From IMG/VR virus record IMGVR_UViG_3300017963_000257, positions 9,681-73,680 of that record: DNA of 64,000 nt, one strand, 5' to 3'. Origin of the DNA: a virus. Numbering within the stretch: position 1 is the stretch's first letter; every line of letters starts with the position of its first letter. Below the pieces are notes generated by a model. That model did not search any database. It was not told where the DNA came from and was given only the letters and a program-made list of their open reading frames with translations. Shown here piece after piece: positions 39,644-48,364 of this stretch. The position numbers and the translations under genes were made by a program.

Positions 39644-41227
39644 CTATTGTTCGGTTAGCGCTGCGTCCATGTCCTGCAGGACGAGATCGAATTCGTCCGG
39701 GGGGACGTCATTGATTTCGGCGTACTTCCCCTTTCGTAAAACCTGGAGAAACTTTGCCTCGCCCAACTGCTCTTTGTATTGCAGCATTGCAGACTGGAAC
39801 GCCGCTTTCATTCGGTTTTGCTGCTCTTTCTCTTTGAGCTTAGGGTCGTCCTCGTCTTCCCCATCATCCATGCCTTGGAACAGGTTGGATCCTATCTGTC
39901 CCTCGTTCTGGGGAGGCGGTTCTTCTTCGGTTTGAGGCGGTTCTGCCTGCCCGGTAGAGTCTTGGGGCGGTGGGGCGCTGGCACGAGGCTTATACCCGGG
40001 CTGGCCCTCGGCTCGATAACCCGCTCCCATGACACGGCGCCACTTGTCAAAGAAGAAATCTTTGTCCTCTGGGGATAGGCCATCAATCTCACCACGATGC
40101 TTCTCTTCCCATGCTTTCAGACCCGTTTTCTTGAGGCCTCCAATATCATCCTTCAGGGTTTTCTGCTCTTCTTGAGGCGGGGTAGATCCACCCTCCCCCT
40201 TTGGCGGATAGTTGGTTGCCTCCCATTCCTTAAACGCCTTCGTGAATGCCTGCGGATCTCCCAGCGCATCATCCATGATCTCGCTTTCCGCCCTGCCATA
40301 CTCTTCCGTGCATGCAGAAATGAACTTGTCCACATGCTCCTTCGAAAGGTTCTCGGCCTGGATCAACTTGGAAAACTCTTCGCCCATATCCGGTGGCTGT
40401 GGGGGTTCGGTAAGGTCTGCAGGACCGCCTCCCAAGGCTCCACTTAGGAACGGGTTGAAGCCGCCCCCTGTCTGCCCCATATCAGTTTCATTGTCGAAGG
40501 AAACTGCCTTCATGAACTCGATTGATGCCGGGACCATCTTGGATGAATGCTTGAGCACGGTCTTTAGGTTCATATCCTCCGGCCATACCAGCCACGGAGA
40601 GTCCTCGTTTTTATATTTGATTGCGTTTTGGTACGCTTGGGACCGGTCACGTCTCTTGTGAATGTCATCGATGAACATGAATTCGGGGTGCTTGGTACCG
40701 TCCTTGAGGACCCACACACAATAAGCCCCGAATATTTCACCGCTGGCACCACTTTTTCTCTTTTCACGGTCGAGGTACCACGGCCTATGAATGATCTCCC
40801 GCTCGGTGCCATATTTAATGTCGAATTCATCGTTTTCGTAAACGTTGAACCCATACACGTCAGAAATGGTACCGGTTCGCCTGGCTAAATCGATCAGGCC
40901 CTGATAGCCTAACTGGAACTGGCATTCGAGAACCTTTTGCCATCTCCCCCCTATCTGCTTGTTGTTGTTGTACGGAATGAGATATGCCCGTCCCAGTACG
41001 GGTTCCGTTCCGAGCTGGGCCGCCTGCATTATCGCCCCAAAGATGCTCTCTCGGGTGCAATCGAGGATGCGCGGGTTTTTTAATGCCGTCGTAAACACGA
41101 TCCTGAGCAACCGTTCTGCGTCCATCCATTTAGGCATGGCAGCCTCAAATTGTTTCTGTTTGGCGAACAGTTCCTCCCTCAACGAAATTGCCTTTTGCTG
41201 TACCACTGTTAGTTGCTGTGTTGCCAT
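39644..41227 (-). CDS. recT: RecT-family single-strand annealing recombinase with long acidic/Pro-rich C-terminus
   Basis: AAQLGTEPVLGRAYLIPY, CQFQLGYQGLIDLARRTG, VYENDEF, SPW...EDMNLKTVLK. Confidence 0.88.
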   Translation of the reverse strand: MATQQLTVVQQKAISLREELFAKQKQFEAAMPKWMDAERLLRIVFTTALKNPRILDCTRESIFGAIMQAAQLGTEPVLGRAYLIPYNNNKQIGGRWQKVLECQFQLGYQGLIDLARRTGTISDVYGFNVYENDEFDIKYGTEREIIHRPWYLDREKRKSGASGEIFGAYCVWVLKDGTKHPEFMFIDDIHKRRDRSQAYQNAIKYKNEDSPWLVWPEDMNLKTVLKHSSKMVPASIEFMKAVSFDNETDMGQTGGGFNPFLSGALGGGPADLTEPPQPPDMGEEFSKLIQAENLSKEHVDKFISACTEEYGRAESEIMDDALGDPQAFTKAFKEWEATNYPPKGEGGSTPPQEEQKTLKDDIGGLKKTGLKAWEEKHRGEIDGLSPEDKDFFFDKWRRVMGAGYRAEGQPGYKPRASAPPPQDSTGQAEPPQTEEEPPPQNEGQIGSNLFQGMDDGEDEDDPKLKEKEQQNRMKAAFQSAMLQYKEQLGEAKFLQVLRKGKYAEINDVPPDEFDLVLQDMDAALTEQ

Positions 41228-41239
41228 AAAATCTCCTTT

Positions 41240-41950
41240 CTATGCCCTCAACTTACTTTTCGGAACTTCCTTGATATCCAACCCAGGCTGTGGGTTCCTA
41301 AGCCCAGCATCCACAGCCTCTTGGATTTTCTTTGGGTCCGGGGAACACAAAACCCTATCAACCTTGTCTGGATTAGTGATCTCTGCAACCCATACCATTT
41401 CGATGCTCAAGCTGCTTCCTGATTCCGTGCGCGTTTGGAGTTTCTCTTTTTGTTCAACGGGTACCTGTGGAAGTGTAACCTTTTCGACGCCAGCCGCTTC
41501 TGCCTGAGCGTTAAGCTCCGCCTGCCTCTTTTCCGCAAGTCTTCTTTGTTTTTTCTCTTCTTCCCGTTTCTTCAATAATTTATTGTAGGCAAACGCCTCT
41601 GTTTTTTTCCGAAAAATGTCAACCGCTTCTTCCGCAGGCTGAGAGAACGCTTTTGCGAAAGAAATCAACTTCGTCCTATAATCGTTGTGCGGCCGGAGTT
41701 TTTTGTCCTTCAGGCTCGTAACGGCCTTCGATAGCGCCCTCGCCTGCCCCATCATCGTAACGGCTTCAGCATTGGTAGCATCGTCTACCACCTCAAAAGC
41801 TGTGGCAATTTCTTTCATGGCCAAAATCTTTTTGCGATATGGCTCAAACTCCCGCTTGGCCGCATCCACGTCAAACGGCCTGATCCTTACGGGAAGATCC
41901 TCCGGTTCCTTACTCTTGGATTGACCTGGTGCATAATTGAACGCCATCAT
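41240..41950 (-). CDS. Coiled-coil phage recombination-region protein
   Basis: Long coiled coil; C-terminal EITNPDKV...KIQEAV...PGL. Confidence 0.6.
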   Translation of the reverse strand: MMAFNYAPGQSKSKEPEDLPVRIRPFDVDAAKREFEPYRKKILAMKEIATAFEVVDDATNAEAVTMMGQARALSKAVTSLKDKKLRPHNDYRTKLISFAKAFSQPAEEAVDIFRKKTEAFAYNKLLKKREEEKKQRRLAEKRQAELNAQAEAAGVEKVTLPQVPVEQKEKLQTRTESGSSLSIEMVWVAEITNPDKVDRVLCSPDPKKIQEAVDAGLRNPQPGLDIKEVPKSKLRA

Positions 41951-42125
41951 ACCTCCCTTCTGTGCCCTGGGTAACCTGCTGCAATACCATCTGTTCCTGG
42001 TCTTCCGGAACGTCGTTCATGCTTCGAAATCCAAGGGACCTCAGTTTCGTCTTATAGGACATTGGGTTTTGCCGGTACGCCTCCATCATATCATTGAGAA
42101 AGTAAAATCGTCGGTTCCAAGTCAT
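41910..42125 (-). CDS. Hypothetical protein resembling the RecT C-terminal domain
   Basis: NDVPEDQEQMVLQ vs NDVPPDEFDLVLQ. Confidence 0.5.
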   Translation of the reverse strand: MTWNRRFYFLNDMMEAYRQNPMSYKTKLRSLGFRSMNDVPEDQEQMVLQQVTQGTEGRYDGVQLCTRSIQE

Positions 42126-42140
42126 GTCCAGTCATACCTT

Positions 42141-42719
42141 TCAGGGTTGATTGAAAAAATTATGCGCGATTAACGCCCCATAGAAAGCCGCCCAGTAGGC
42201 GATCCGGTTTTCCGTGAACTCATCGAATCTCGCTATTTTGCCCTCAGGGCTCAAGCGTAAGGCCCCTATGCGGTCAACCTTCGGGATCTTATACTTGGGG
42301 TCCTCCTTTAACAGGTTCTCGTATCCGGCCATCTGAGCGCCCCAGGGCTTGCGATGAAGGGCGGCCGGCGTCTTCCAGTCTGGAAGAATGATCCCCCCAA
42401 GTTTATTGGACCTGATGCAAAGATCGGGATGCCCACAGTAACAGAGATCGTGATCCTCCAGCTCCTGCTCGACCAGAATCACATCGTCAACGAACATCTC
42501 GATCCACAGCCTTGCGGACTCAACGTATCCGGCATATTCCGCAGGTGGAGAAGGCGCCCACTTTCCCAGTAGGATGGCCGCGTTATGGGCATGTACGATC
42601 CTTCCCCTCTCCGCGGCCTTCTCCAAATTCCATGGGGGGACCTGGTCATACCCAGAATACGGAGATAGGATCTGCGTGACCGACGGATAGTCACTATCCT
42701 TGTGGTACTTTCCTGACAT
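42141..42719 (-). CDS. PD-(D/E)XK (Cas4/YqaJ-like) exonuclease
   Basis: YPSVTQIL, AAERGRIVH, YCGHPD, DWKT, QMAGY. Confidence 0.85.
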   Translation of the reverse strand: MSGKYHKDSDYPSVTQILSPYSGYDQVPPWNLEKAAERGRIVHAHNAAILLGKWAPSPPAEYAGYVESARLWIEMFVDDVILVEQELEDHDLCYCGHPDLCIRSNKLGGIILPDWKTPAALHRKPWGAQMAGYENLLKEDPKYKIPKVDRIGALRLSPEGKIARFDEFTENRIAYWAAFYGALIAHNFFNQP

Positions 42720-42924
42720 TCTCTCCGTAAACCTTCTTGATGCTGCTATGGAAATGGGATCCGATCGAGGGGGCTCCCCGCAAAACCTCATATTCCTCAA
42801 CCGGTACGTCCGGGTATTCATAATCATTCGACCCTTTATGGAATCGAATCCTTAGGGTGCGAGTTTCTTGGTCGTATCCAATATGGCTGATCATACTGGA
42901 CTCGACTGACTTCATGTGGATCAT
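42694..42924 (-). CDS. KTSC domain protein
   Basis: VESSMISHIGYD...LRIRF...YEYPDVP...APSIGSHF. Confidence 0.88.
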   Translation of the reverse strand: MIHMKSVESSMISHIGYDQETRTLRIRFHKGSNDYEYPDVPVEEYEVLRGAPSIGSHFHSSIKKVYGENVRKVPQG

Positions 42925-42955
42925 GGTTGCCTCCTTTCTTGGTTTTTGAGGCCTT

Positions 42956-42983
42956 ATTATGCACTTTTATTTGTGACTGTCAA
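42956..42983 (-). promoter_or_regulatory. Sigma70-like leftward promoter for recombination operon
   Basis: TTGACA-N16-CATAAT on the minus strand. Confidence 0.55.
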
Positions 42984-43001
42984 GCACTTTTTTGTGTCGG
43001 G

Positions 43002-43043
43002 CACAAAAAAACCAGGAAACCGATGGGTGCCTGGCTCTTTGTG
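43002..43043 (-). terminator. Terminator after repressor gene
   Basis: CCAGG/CCTGG stem with T7 tract on the minus strand. Confidence 0.5.
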
Positions 43044-43109
43044 AAAACAGGAGAATTGGTTCGGTTATTTTTTAGGGGATTGGTGGCAACGGCGGGGATT
43101 GTTCGATGT

Positions 43110-43550
43110 TTAGGAGGCGCTTTCCTGTACCATTTTTTTTCGGGGTCCCTTACCTATGCCCAATTTCAATACGGCATACTCAAGGCATCTCTGAAGAAAC
43201 CCAAGGTCCTTATCGTCCCCATCGTTTGCCACGAGATTTGCGGTTAAGATTACCTGCTCCAGATACGGAAATCGTTGCCGTGCGGCCTCTTCAAGGCCGA
43301 TGGCATGATACGCCTGCCCCATGCTCGGGCAGCCCAGCAATAGGTCAGGTAAGGTGATTTGCGGGTATGCGTTCATGATACTTTCCAGGTCCTCCAGGGT
43401 GATCGGCGTAGTCCCCACTTCCTTTTTTGTATAGCCCGTTCTCTGAAGCCCCATGGCCGCGGCAAAATCGTCTTGGTTGACCTTTAACACTTTTCGAATG
43501 CGGTACAGGTTCTTCCTTACGCATTGCGGCAAATTTGCTTTATCTTGCAT
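43110..43550 (-). CDS. CI-like HTH (XRE) repressor
   Basis: RIRKVLKVNQDDFAAAMGLQRTGYTKKEVG; SD GGAGG; divergent from cro-like gene. Confidence 0.8.
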   Translation of the reverse strand: MQDKANLPQCVRKNLYRIRKVLKVNQDDFAAAMGLQRTGYTKKEVGTTPITLEDLESIMNAYPQITLPDLLLGCPSMGQAYHAIGLEEAARQRFPYLEQVILTANLVANDGDDKDLGFLQRCLEYAVLKLGIGKGPRKKMVQESAS

Positions 43551-43606
43551 GGTTACGTCCTCCGTCAAATTATTCAACATTTTTTTACTGGGGCCACATT
43601 TTGTGC

Positions 43607-43635
43607 TTGACAGGCCCATTTTTTTAAATTATGAT
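43607..43635 (+). promoter_or_regulatory. Rightward lytic promoter (PR-like)
   Basis: TTGACA-N17-TATGAT, 8 nt before cro ATG (near-leaderless). Confidence 0.7.
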
Positions 43636-43643
43636 CCTTTTCC

Positions 43644-43859
43644 ATGAAACTAAGAGCCTCACGACACAAACGAGATCGACCTACCGCGGTGTGGATGCGG
43701 GATGCCCGGCGAAGACTGGGGCTTACCCAACAGGAACTCGCGGATAGGGTGGGAAAGAAACGAGATAATATTGCAAAATATGAGACGGGGGCAAGCAACG
43801 CACCGGGTGAGGTTGTTATCGCCGTCGAAAAGCTTTTAAAGCTCGATCTCCATATTTAA
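43644..43859 (+). CDS. Cro-like HTH protein
   Basis: ARRRLGLTQQELADRVGKKRDNIAKYETG. Confidence 0.85.
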   Translation: MKLRASRHKRDRPTAVWMRDARRRLGLTQQELADRVGKKRDNIAKYETGASNAPGEVVIAVEKLLKLDLHI

Positions 43860-43871
43860 CAAGTCCACGCA

Positions 43872-43900
43872 ATACTATCTTATCTTCGACCCTTTGTCAA
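43872..43900 (-). promoter_or_regulatory. Leftward promoter downstream of cro (PRE-like)
   Basis: TTGACA-N17-TAGTAT on the minus strand. Confidence 0.45.
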
Positions 43901-43953
43901 CAAAATAGTGCGTTATGCGCACAAAGTCAAGACGGAGGTGAATAGAATTCATT

Positions 43954-44145
43954 ATGTTTTACAAATTAAAAGACCACCTTACCTCTTTGTTGGCCGTCCA
44001 GAAAGATAACGTTTTCCAGATGGCCCTCGATCATCCCGAAAGTCTTTGTCGGGATCCGCAATTCTTCGCATGCAAATCAAAAATTGAGTTTTTGGTCGAT
44101 ATCCTCGATGAAGCCGAAAGGATTGAGGGGACGGCTTCTCTGTAG
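43954..44145 (+). CDS. Hypothetical protein (cII position)
   Basis: SD GGAGGTG. Confidence 0.45.
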   Translation: MFYKLKDHLTSLLAVQKDNVFQMALDHPESLCRDPQFFACKSKIEFLVDILDEAERIEGTASL

Positions 44146-44152
44146 GTGTAGC

Positions 44153-44182
44153 TTGACAATTTCGGACAAGCGTAAATATGAT
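44153..44182 (+). promoter_or_regulatory. Integrase promoter
   Basis: TTGACA-N18-TATGAT. Confidence 0.5.
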
Positions 44183-44215
44183 AGTTCCTTTTATCAACCC
44201 GTAGGAGGAACTGTC

Positions 44216-45412
44216 ATGAGCGGAATTATTTGGACTTATCAGCGGTGTCCCAGGTGTGGCGGTAGGTACCCAACCTCAAGGGGCGGGTACCCTATTGTTT
44301 GCGATAAATGCAAAACGCAACCAACCAAATTTATTATTAAAATTCCGTTCCAAAAAAGAAGGTTGGCAATAAGCCACGATAGGGACGGCCGAACCGTCCA
44401 TGACTTTAATCGGGCGAACAATCTTCTTGGCCAAATCAGGTCGGAAATCCAGACAGGGATATTCGACCCGGAAATCTATAAACAGCAGTCGGCCACTAAG
44501 CTTGATCGGTTCTGGGGGTATTTCGAAAGTAAATATGAAAAAAGCCCTGGAACCTATGCCAAACTTTCTACCATCCGAGAACACCACTTGGGTTGTCTAG
44601 GAAAACATCAGATGCGAGACGTCCGAGCATATCATCTGAACGAATGGTGGAGGTGGCTTAGAGAAAAAGAGCTATCACCACATTATTTAAATGATATCCA
44701 TCAGTGGGTTAAACGATTTTTTAATGAAGCCTACGAGTTAGACATCATTGAGAAGGTCCCTCATTTTCCAAAAAGAATAGTCGATCCAGTCCAGCATATT
44801 GAATGGCTTACCGCGGAGGAACAGGAAAGTGTTCTGGATCATTTACCAAAATACGACAGGCCTATATATGAATTTTTATTCATAACAGGGTGTCGTGTTG
44901 GAGAAGCTATAGCCCTGCAACAAGGCGATATTGATCTCCAAAAGGGAAAAACCGTTATTTCAAAAACCATTAGAAGAGATGGTACCTTTGGGCCAACTAA
45001 GGCCAAAAAGCCAAGGCTTATTCCGCATTGCGATGATCTCTTAGCTTGCTATGTGGCTGCCAGGAAAATCAGCGGGCTCAAGGGATTCGTTTTTACCAAT
45101 TGTTGGGGGCGCCATTATTCAGACGATTATCTGCGGGATAGACTTGGGAAGGCATGTGATGCTGCCGGCATTCCTCGAATCCCCCTGAAAAACGCCACGC
45201 GGCATTCGTGGGGGATGCAACGGATACAGGATGGATATGACATTTTTACCGTATCCCAAGGTTATGGTCATTCTGATATTAAAATGACACAAAACTACGT
45301 GGAAATGCTTACAGCCCAAACCGCCAAGCTATATGGGTTGCGACAAAAGCGCGAAAAGCGCAAGTCGGACAAGGTTGTAAATATTGGAAATAACACTGGT
45401 AAGTCTGTATAG
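44216..45412 (+). CDS. int: Tyrosine integrase with N-terminal zinc ribbon
   Basis: TGCRVGE, TK, ATRHS, GHSD, NY catalytic set; CPRC/CDKC N-terminus; SD AGGAGG; adjacent att core. Confidence 0.9.
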   Translation: MSGIIWTYQRCPRCGGRYPTSRGGYPIVCDKCKTQPTKFIIKIPFQKRRLAISHDRDGRTVHDFNRANNLLGQIRSEIQTGIFDPEIYKQQSATKLDRFWGYFESKYEKSPGTYAKLSTIREHHLGCLGKHQMRDVRAYHLNEWWRWLREKELSPHYLNDIHQWVKRFFNEAYELDIIEKVPHFPKRIVDPVQHIEWLTAEEQESVLDHLPKYDRPIYEFLFITGCRVGEAIALQQGDIDLQKGKTVISKTIRRDGTFGPTKAKKPRLIPHCDDLLACYVAARKISGLKGFVFTNCWGRHYSDDYLRDRLGKACDAAGIPRIPLKNATRHSWGMQRIQDGYDIFTVSQGYGHSDIKMTQNYVEMLTAQTAKLYGLRQKREKRKSDKVVNIGNNTGKSV

Positions 45413-45561
45413 AGGGAGAGTGCCATCCTCACACGGTGGAAGCCGCGAGTTCAAATCTCGCACCGCCCACCACGCAAGAAAAACCAATAGGTTTGGTGAT
45501 AAATATGAAGTAAGAAATGATACAGAAAACAGCGTAAAAAGCGCGACAAAAATGCGAAAAG
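45340..45561 (+). repeat. Putative integrase arm-type sites flanking att core
   Basis: GCGACAAAA-NN-GCGAAAAG at 45340-45358 and 45543-45561, plus GCGTAAAAA at 45532. Confidence 0.6.
45414..45472 (+). other. attP core: 3' two-thirds of tRNA-Val(CAC)
   Basis: GGGAGAGTG CCATC-CT-CAC-AC-GGTGG AAGCC GCGAG-TTCAAAT-CTCGC ACCGCCC ACCA; the 5' acceptor strand is absent. Confidence 0.8.
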
Positions 45562-45600
45562 GCTCGGTTCCCAATATGGGTGCCGGGCCTTTTTGTTTTT
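45557..45600 (+). terminator. Rho-independent terminator after att/tRNA fragment
   Basis: AAAAGGCTCGG...CCGGGCCTTTT then TGTTTTT. Confidence 0.7.
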
Positions 45601-45614
45601 CGTGAGGGATAGGC

Positions 45615-46046
45615 GTGCAGTTTCCGTTTAAATATCGAAAGGTGGGCCGGTGCTGGATCTGCCAAACGAACGATGTCGATAAGGATGGATACGCGAGAGG
45701 TTCTTTAAATGGATCTTATGGGCATGCACACAGGTTGGTTTACGAATGGAAACATGGCCGCATCCTATCAAAAGAATTTGTTGTTAGACATAAATGTGAC
45801 AATCGAATGTGTGTAAATCCATCACATCTAAAACTGGGGACACATGCGGATAATGTTGCCGATAGGGTTAAGAGGGGAAGGTCTGCGTTTGGAGAGAAGG
45901 CTGGTCGGGCGATACTCTCTGAGGATCAAGCGAGAAGAATTAAGTACGATCAGGGCCACTCGAAGGCATCTTTGGCAAGACTGTATGGCGTTGACAGGAA
46001 AACCATTCGGTTGATTCAGCAGGGAGTAAATTGGGCGCATATTTAA
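45615..46046 (+). CDS. HNH homing endonuclease
   Basis: CWI, AHRLVY, VVRHKCDNRMCVNPSHLKLGTHADN, C-terminal HTH. Confidence 0.85.
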   Translation: MQFPFKYRKVGRCWICQTNDVDKDGYARGSLNGSYGHAHRLVYEWKHGRILSKEFVVRHKCDNRMCVNPSHLKLGTHADNVADRVKRGRSAFGEKAGRAILSEDQARRIKYDQGHSKASLARLYGVDRKTIRLIQQGVNWAHI

Positions 46047-46065
46047 AGGGTATGGAGGTAAATCT

Positions 46066-46791
46066 GTGGGCGTGATATATGAGCCTAAAGGACGGGCAAG
46101 AGAGTACAGTCCCCTCGCGGTAAACCTATATACCGGGTGCGTGCATGGTTGTAAATACTGCTACGTCCCCGGTGTCTTACGTCAATTCAGGCCAAAATTC
46201 CACACCAACGTTAAACCTCGTAAGAACATCCTAAAAAAACTTGAAAGCGACTGCAAAAAGATGGAGGGGGATCCCCGACAAATTCTCCTCTGCTTTACCT
46301 GTGATCCCTATCAACCTGAAGACCAAGTCGAGAGCATCACCCGAGAAGCCCTCCTGATCCTCGAAAGACACCATATGAACGTGACGGTTCTCACGAAGGG
46401 GGGCCGACGGGCAATAAGAGATTTTGACATCCTAAGGCAAAATGAGTGGTCATTTGGGACATCCCTGTCATTCTCCAGCAATAGGTTCGTTCGGGAATGG
46501 GAACCTGAGCCGTCTGCCAATCCACTTGAAAGGATTGAGATTATCAGGGGTGCCTATGAGTCAAATATTGCAACGTGGGTGTCCGTTGAACCGGTGATTT
46601 ATATTTCTGAGGCACTTGAAGTGATGGACACCCTTAAGGACATAGTGAACCACTGGAAGATAGGAAAGTTGAACTATTTCCCAGACATAGAGAGGACAAT
46701 AGACTGGACATTTTTCTTGAAATCGGCAGAGAGAATTCTGCAGGGCCGGTCCTACTACATCAAGAAAGACTTAGAGGCGTATCGGAAATGA
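46066..46791 (+). CDS. Radical SAM protein (SplB/photolyase-like subgroup)
   Basis: NLYTGCVHGCKYCY, CDPYQ, LTK, WVSVEP. Confidence 0.85.
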   Translation: MGVIYEPKGRAREYSPLAVNLYTGCVHGCKYCYVPGVLRQFRPKFHTNVKPRKNILKKLESDCKKMEGDPRQILLCFTCDPYQPEDQVESITREALLILERHHMNVTVLTKGGRRAIRDFDILRQNEWSFGTSLSFSSNRFVREWEPEPSANPLERIEIIRGAYESNIATWVSVEPVIYISEALEVMDTLKDIVNHWKIGKLNYFPDIERTIDWTFFLKSAERILQGRSYYIKKDLEAYRK

Positions 46792-47102
46792 CCATACTGC
46801 AACCGGGCGAAATTATTATTGGGAAGAGGTTCGTGGAGGGGCTGGAAAAGGCGAGAAGAGAGATAGCAGAAAAAATGATGGCAGAGAGGATGGAACTCTA
46901 CGCACGTCAGCTCATCTATGCCGATCGCCCACCGAATATTATTATTCAACTTCACGATAGCCCCCAAGAAAGGTCTTCGGAAGAACCTGTCACCATAACG
47001 ACTGAAAGTGTTACCTTTTCAATCGACCCCGTTGCCCTGCGCCTTGGGGAACCTAAACCCTCGTACAAGAGGATCGTCAAGAAAAGAAAGGAAGGAGATT
47101 AG
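46788..47102 (+). CDS. Hypothetical protein
   Basis: ATGA coupling. Confidence 0.5.
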   Translation: MTILQPGEIIIGKRFVEGLEKARREIAEKMMAERMELYARQLIYADRPPNIIIQLHDSPQERSSEEPVTITTESVTFSIDPVALRLGEPKPSYKRIVKKRKEGD

Positions 47103-47103
47103 C

Positions 47104-47409
47104 ATGGGAAAAATACCAATCACACTACAGATCCAAGACCCTGAAGGGAATGTGGTTAAGGAAAAGAATATCACGATCTCAACGGACGACACCCTCATCT
47201 TTCGATTTACCGATTTTCATGTGTATAACAATTTTATAAGAATGGATCCAGAAAGACGGCAAGAGATGTTTGGCACATTTAAAAAGGCCATCGATGAGGG
47301 CGGTGGAACACTGGTCTTACCCCCTTTCTGCGAACTCCAAGTCTTACACAAGCGAATTGAAGTAGAGGTAGCAGTTTCCCCAGAAGACTGGAAATCAGAT
47401 AAGAAATAG
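47104..47409 (+). CDS. Hypothetical protein
   Basis: SD AAGGAG. Confidence 0.5.
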   Translation: MGKIPITLQIQDPEGNVVKEKNITISTDDTLIFRFTDFHVYNNFIRMDPERRQEMFGTFKKAIDEGGGTLVLPPFCELQVLHKRIEVEVAVSPEDWKSDKK

Positions 47410-47451
47410 GCCCTTGCATGCGATCTGGAAACTGGGTCCCTATAATTTAGA

Positions 47452-48222
47452 ATGGCGAATCCTCAACTCGAAAATGGTCATATTAAGATTGCCAACGATA
47501 TTTGGGATGCATTGGCTAAGATTCGTATAAGCGGTGAAGAGTGGCAGGTGCTAAATGTCATTCTTCGAAAGACATACGGTTGGAATAAAAAACAGGATCA
47601 CATATCTCTGTCTCAATTTGTTTTAGCTACGGGTTTAAAGAAGCCAAATATTGTCCGAGCAAGGCAAAAGTTGTTATCAAAAAAGATAATCGTTATCAAA
47701 AAAGATAACCAGTTAAACGTAATTTACCGGTTTAATAAGGATTTTGATTCATGGAAACCTTTATCAAAAAAGATAACCGTTATCAAAAAAGATAACACAT
47801 CGTTATCAAAAAAGATACCCACAAAAGACACTGTACAAAAGACAAAAAGAAATATATGCGCAAAAACCAAGAAAAATGATGATGTAGATAACAATGAATT
47901 TCAAGTTTTCTACGAAGCCTACCCCAAAAAGAAATCTAAGGAGGCAGCATTTAGGGCATGGCAGAAAACACGAAAGGATAGACCATCGTTACGAAATCTC
48001 TTAAAAATCCTCAAAACTCACGTGGGAAGTGAAGATTGGAAAAAAGAAAATGGGAAATACATTCCTTACCCGGCTAGCTGGTTGAATGGGCGCCGGTGGG
48101 AGGATGAAGTCGAAACCACAATATCGGAAACAACTGTCACCTGTTGTAAAGCCTGCGGCCGCTCAGATTGGATGGAACTGAATGATAGAGGGATTTGCGA
48201 GAAATGCCGTTCAAACCAATAG
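47452..48222 (+). CDS. Replication initiator, lambda O-like
   Basis: ANPQLENGHIKIAN, RKTYGWNKKQDHISLSQF, YPKK.SK..AF.AW, YIPYPASWLNGRRWEDE. Confidence 0.88.
   Translation: MANPQLENGHIKIANDIWDALAKIRISGEEWQVLNVILRKTYGWNKKQDHISLSQFVLATGLKKPNIVRARQKLLSKKIIVIKKDNQLNVIYRFNKDFDSWKPLSKKITVIKKDNTSLSKKIPTKDTVQKTKRNICAKTKKNDDVDNNEFQVFYEAYPKKKSKEAAFRAWQKTRKDRPSLRNLLKILKTHVGSEDWKKENGKYIPYPASWLNGRRWEDEVETTISETTVTCCKACGRSDWMELNDRGICEKCRSNQ
47674..47818 (+). repeat. Origin iterons: 5x TTATCAAAAAAGATA(A)
   Basis: Copies at 47674, 47693, 47761, 47780, 47803 inside the initiator gene. Confidence 0.85.
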
Positions 48223-48364
48223 CAAAGCCTGAAGATTACCCAGAACGCACGCAAAGGCGGCCAAGTGGTTGGGTAACGAAGCATCAGGAAAATAATCTAA
48301 AAAGGGCCTTGGGGGATCCGTTGTGGGAATACCTTGAGGCCCTGGAAAGGAGGAAAAACAAGAA

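Noticed and set aside
42141-42719. Cas4-like nuclease as part of the Cas7-like system
   Set aside because: It lies 7 kb away in the RecT operon, the usual position of a recombination exonuclease.
44084-44215. Upstream extension of the integrase ORF
   Set aside because: It overlaps another gene and the promoter; SD AGGAGG supports ATG 44216.
45395-45472. Intact tRNA-Val gene
   Set aside because: The 5' acceptor strand and first half of the D-arm are missing and replaced by the int 3' end; treated as the att core.
47084-47097. Gapped self-match (AA.AA.GG.AG.AG) to dinucleotides of array unit 50961
   Set aside because: Only 10 constrained, purine-rich bases match and the flanking dinucleotides mismatch; this is expected by chance.
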